Part shown: positions 43,130 to 44,459 of the stretch, in pieces | Numbering within the stretch: position 1 is the stretch's first letter | Layout of the letters: each line of letters begins with the position of its first letter | Origin: Patescibacteria group bacterium | GTDB lineage: Bacteria > Patescibacteriota > UBA1384 > XYA2-FULL-43-10 > 1-14-0-10-43-13 | Reading direction: 5' to 3' | Length of the DNA stretch: 44,459 nt | Assembly (NCBI GenBank): GCA_041671645.1 | Contig: JBAZBD010000002.1 | Location: forward strand, 1 to 44,459 | Notes under the pieces: model-generated | The model's database searches: none | What the model was told of the DNA's origin: nothing | Seen by the model: only the letters and a program-made list of their open reading frames with translations | Position numbers and translations under genes: made by a program

Positions 43130-43162
43130 ATTGCTACTAGTTTACCATAGTGAAACTTCGTC

Positions 43163-43243
43163 AAAAAGGCCAAGAAAAAATTGAAATCTATCGGCCGAGT
43201 CGAAGTGTCCTCCGATGTCTTCATCAAAGTCTTCCGAAGCGAA
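43163..43243 (+). pseudogene. Displaced second copy of the lepA 3' end (last ~27 codons)
   Basis: It translates in frame as KKAKKKLKSIGRVEVSSDVFIKVFRSE, against lepA QKKGKKKLKSIGRVEVPSDVFIKVLRSE. The 24 nt AAATCTATCGGCCGAGTCGAAGTG are identical at 41455-41478 and 43184-43207. An in-frame TGA at 43151-43153 precedes it. Confidence 0.8.
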
Positions 43244-43306
43244 TGGATTGATTTAATTATTGTTGGATGCAATAATAATTTCAAATAGTAATTTACTCGA
43301 GGGGAC

Positions 43307-44459
43307 ATGAACAAAAAAACTCTGATAAGGTTGCTATGGATCGGTAGTCTAATTGCTGTAGCGGCCCTGGTCTATTTTTTGGTGCCAAGATTCAAGGCCG
43401 ACGTTTCGATGATGGCAATAAATGAGAGCAAAGCTTCTTTCATGACAGCTGCGGGATTTGACAAGATAGACGATGGCAAGCTAGTGATGTTATCTGGTAT
43501 AGATAATCCAACAAATCTTGGCGACAACAAAATTTCAGGTATAAATGGTAACGAAATAACTATCGGATCAGGCGGGACCACTATCTTCCCATCGCCCAAG
43601 AATATGGTCACCTATATCGACAAAAAATTGGCCGTTCGGCTAGTCGATACAAACAACAACCAAGCAAATGAAGCACAGAAGATATCCTCAAGCGTTTCGA
43701 GCCTTGCCGAAAATGGCGAAGATGTCCGAGTCATCATCAAGCTAAAAGAGGATAAGACTAGCTATGCTTCAACAAACTCAGTAGCAGAGAACAAAACTGC
43801 CATTGATCAGACCAAAACTACAGCAACACAGATAGACAGTCTGATCGGAGGAGACGGCGATGTTACAAAAAATCTCTCTATCGTTAACAGCGTCGCCGCG
43901 ACCGTAAACCAAAAGGCTTTAGAAAAAATCCAGGCAGATAGTCGAGTAGAAAGCGTTATCGAGGATGCAAAGATTAGCTCCTCGCTAGATACATCAGTCG
44001 GGCAAATTCAGGCTGACAAGACTTGGGGTGTGGTCACAGACGGCACACAAATCACAGGCAAGGGCATGCGTATCGCCATCATCGATACTGGCGTTGACTA
44101 TTCTCATGCTGATCTGGGCGGTTGCCTTGGCGCAAACTGTAAAGTCATCGGTGGCTACGACTTTGTAAGTAATGACAACGACCCAATGGATGACCAGGGT
44201 CACGGCACACATGTGGCAGCAACCGCTGCCGGCAAGGGTCTCCTGAACGGTGTCGCTCCCGACGCAAGCATCATCGCCTACAAAGTTCTTGATCAAAATG
44301 GCAGTGGTTATAGTTCAGCCGTGATACAAGCTATCGAAAGATCAGCAGACCCAAATGGTGATGGGGATACCTCTGATCATGTCGATGTCGCTTCGATGAG
44401 TCTTGGTGGGCCTGGAGGTGCCACTGACCCTTCGAGCCTAGCTGTCGACAAAGTCAGCG
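43307..44459 (+). CDS. Subtilisin-like (S8) serine peptidase precursor, 3'-partial. It runs off the window and is absent from the ORF track.
   Basis: A GAGGGG SD precedes the ATG at 43307. I read no in-frame stop to the window end. It has a signal anchor (LLWIGSLIAVAALVYFLV) and a propeptide-like region. The catalytic Asp is IAIIDTGVDYSH and the catalytic His is DDQGHGTHVAATAAG. The Ser motif lies beyond the window. Confidence 0.85.
   Translation, partial: MNKKTLIRLLWIGSLIAVAALVYFLVPRFKADVSMMAINESKASFMTAAGFDKIDDGKLVMLSGIDNPTNLGDNKISGINGNEITIGSGGTTIFPSPKNMVTYIDKKLAVRLVDTNNNQANEAQKISSSVSSLAENGEDVRVIIKLKEDKTSYASTNSVAENKTAIDQTKTTATQIDSLIGGDGDVTKNLSIVNSVAATVNQKALEKIQADSRVESVIEDAKISSSLDTSVGQIQADKTWGVVTDGTQITGKGMRIAIIDTGVDYSHADLGGCLGANCKVIGGYDFVSNDNDPMDDQGHGTHVAATAAGKGLLNGVAPDASIIAYKVLDQNGSGYSSAVIQAIERSADPNGDGDTSDHVDVASMSLGGPGGATDPSSLAVDKVS

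Noticed and set aside
43111-43314. A 67-aa minus-strand ORF between the 531-aa gene and the S8 protease.
   Set aside because: It is antisense to the displaced lepA 3' copy, which explains the open frame. It has no SD or motifs.
1-44459. Alternative genetic code (UGA recoded, as in some candidate phyla).
   Set aside because: Long conserved genes (ftsH, lepA, nrdD, murJ) are intact without reading through any UGA. Several genes end in TGA at the expected positions, for example nrdG with its ATGA overlap. The standard code fits.

Overview
A gene-dense 44.5-kb window with about 43 protein genes and 3 tRNA genes. There is no rRNA, CRISPR array, recognisable transposase or integrase. ORFs stay intact under the standard bacterial code. 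Gene content points to a small-genome, anaerobic, uncultured bacterium of Patescibacteria/CPR-like type; this is an inference, not a measurement. The supporting content is giant repeat surface proteins, an isolated type IV pilin-like gene, class III ribonucleotide reductase nrdDG, a heliorhodopsin, a lamin-tail-domain surface protein, and housekeeping genes (uppP, tilS, ftsH, murJ, nfo, lepA).

Main observations:
1. A tRNA(CAU) gene on the minus strand is split by a 608-nt group I intron. Its catalytic core closely resembles the Azoarcus tRNA-Ile IC3 ribozyme. Its P1 loop is filled by an HNH endonuclease gene on the opposite strand.
2. The last ~80 nt of lepA occur twice, with a 24-nt identical core. 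The two copies bracket a 1.7-kb insertion that carries a single orphan 531-aa gene.
3. A heliorhodopsin has all key residues conserved.
4. A guanylate kinase is fused through a TM helix to an extracytoplasmic HExxH/Ig-like module.
5. nrdG carries an in-frame insertion made of a 7-bp tandem repeat plus a REP-like palindrome.
6. A candidate preQ1-type attenuator leader lies upstream of an overlapping yhhQ / CofE-like gene pair.
7. NrdR-box-like palindromes lie upstream of nrdD.
8. A DnaA-box cluster and a CsoR-type palindrome lie in front of a Cys/His-less CsoR-family regulator.

All coordinates and motifs were read by eye, and no searches were run. Family assignments rest on remembered motifs and need HMM or covariance-model confirmation.
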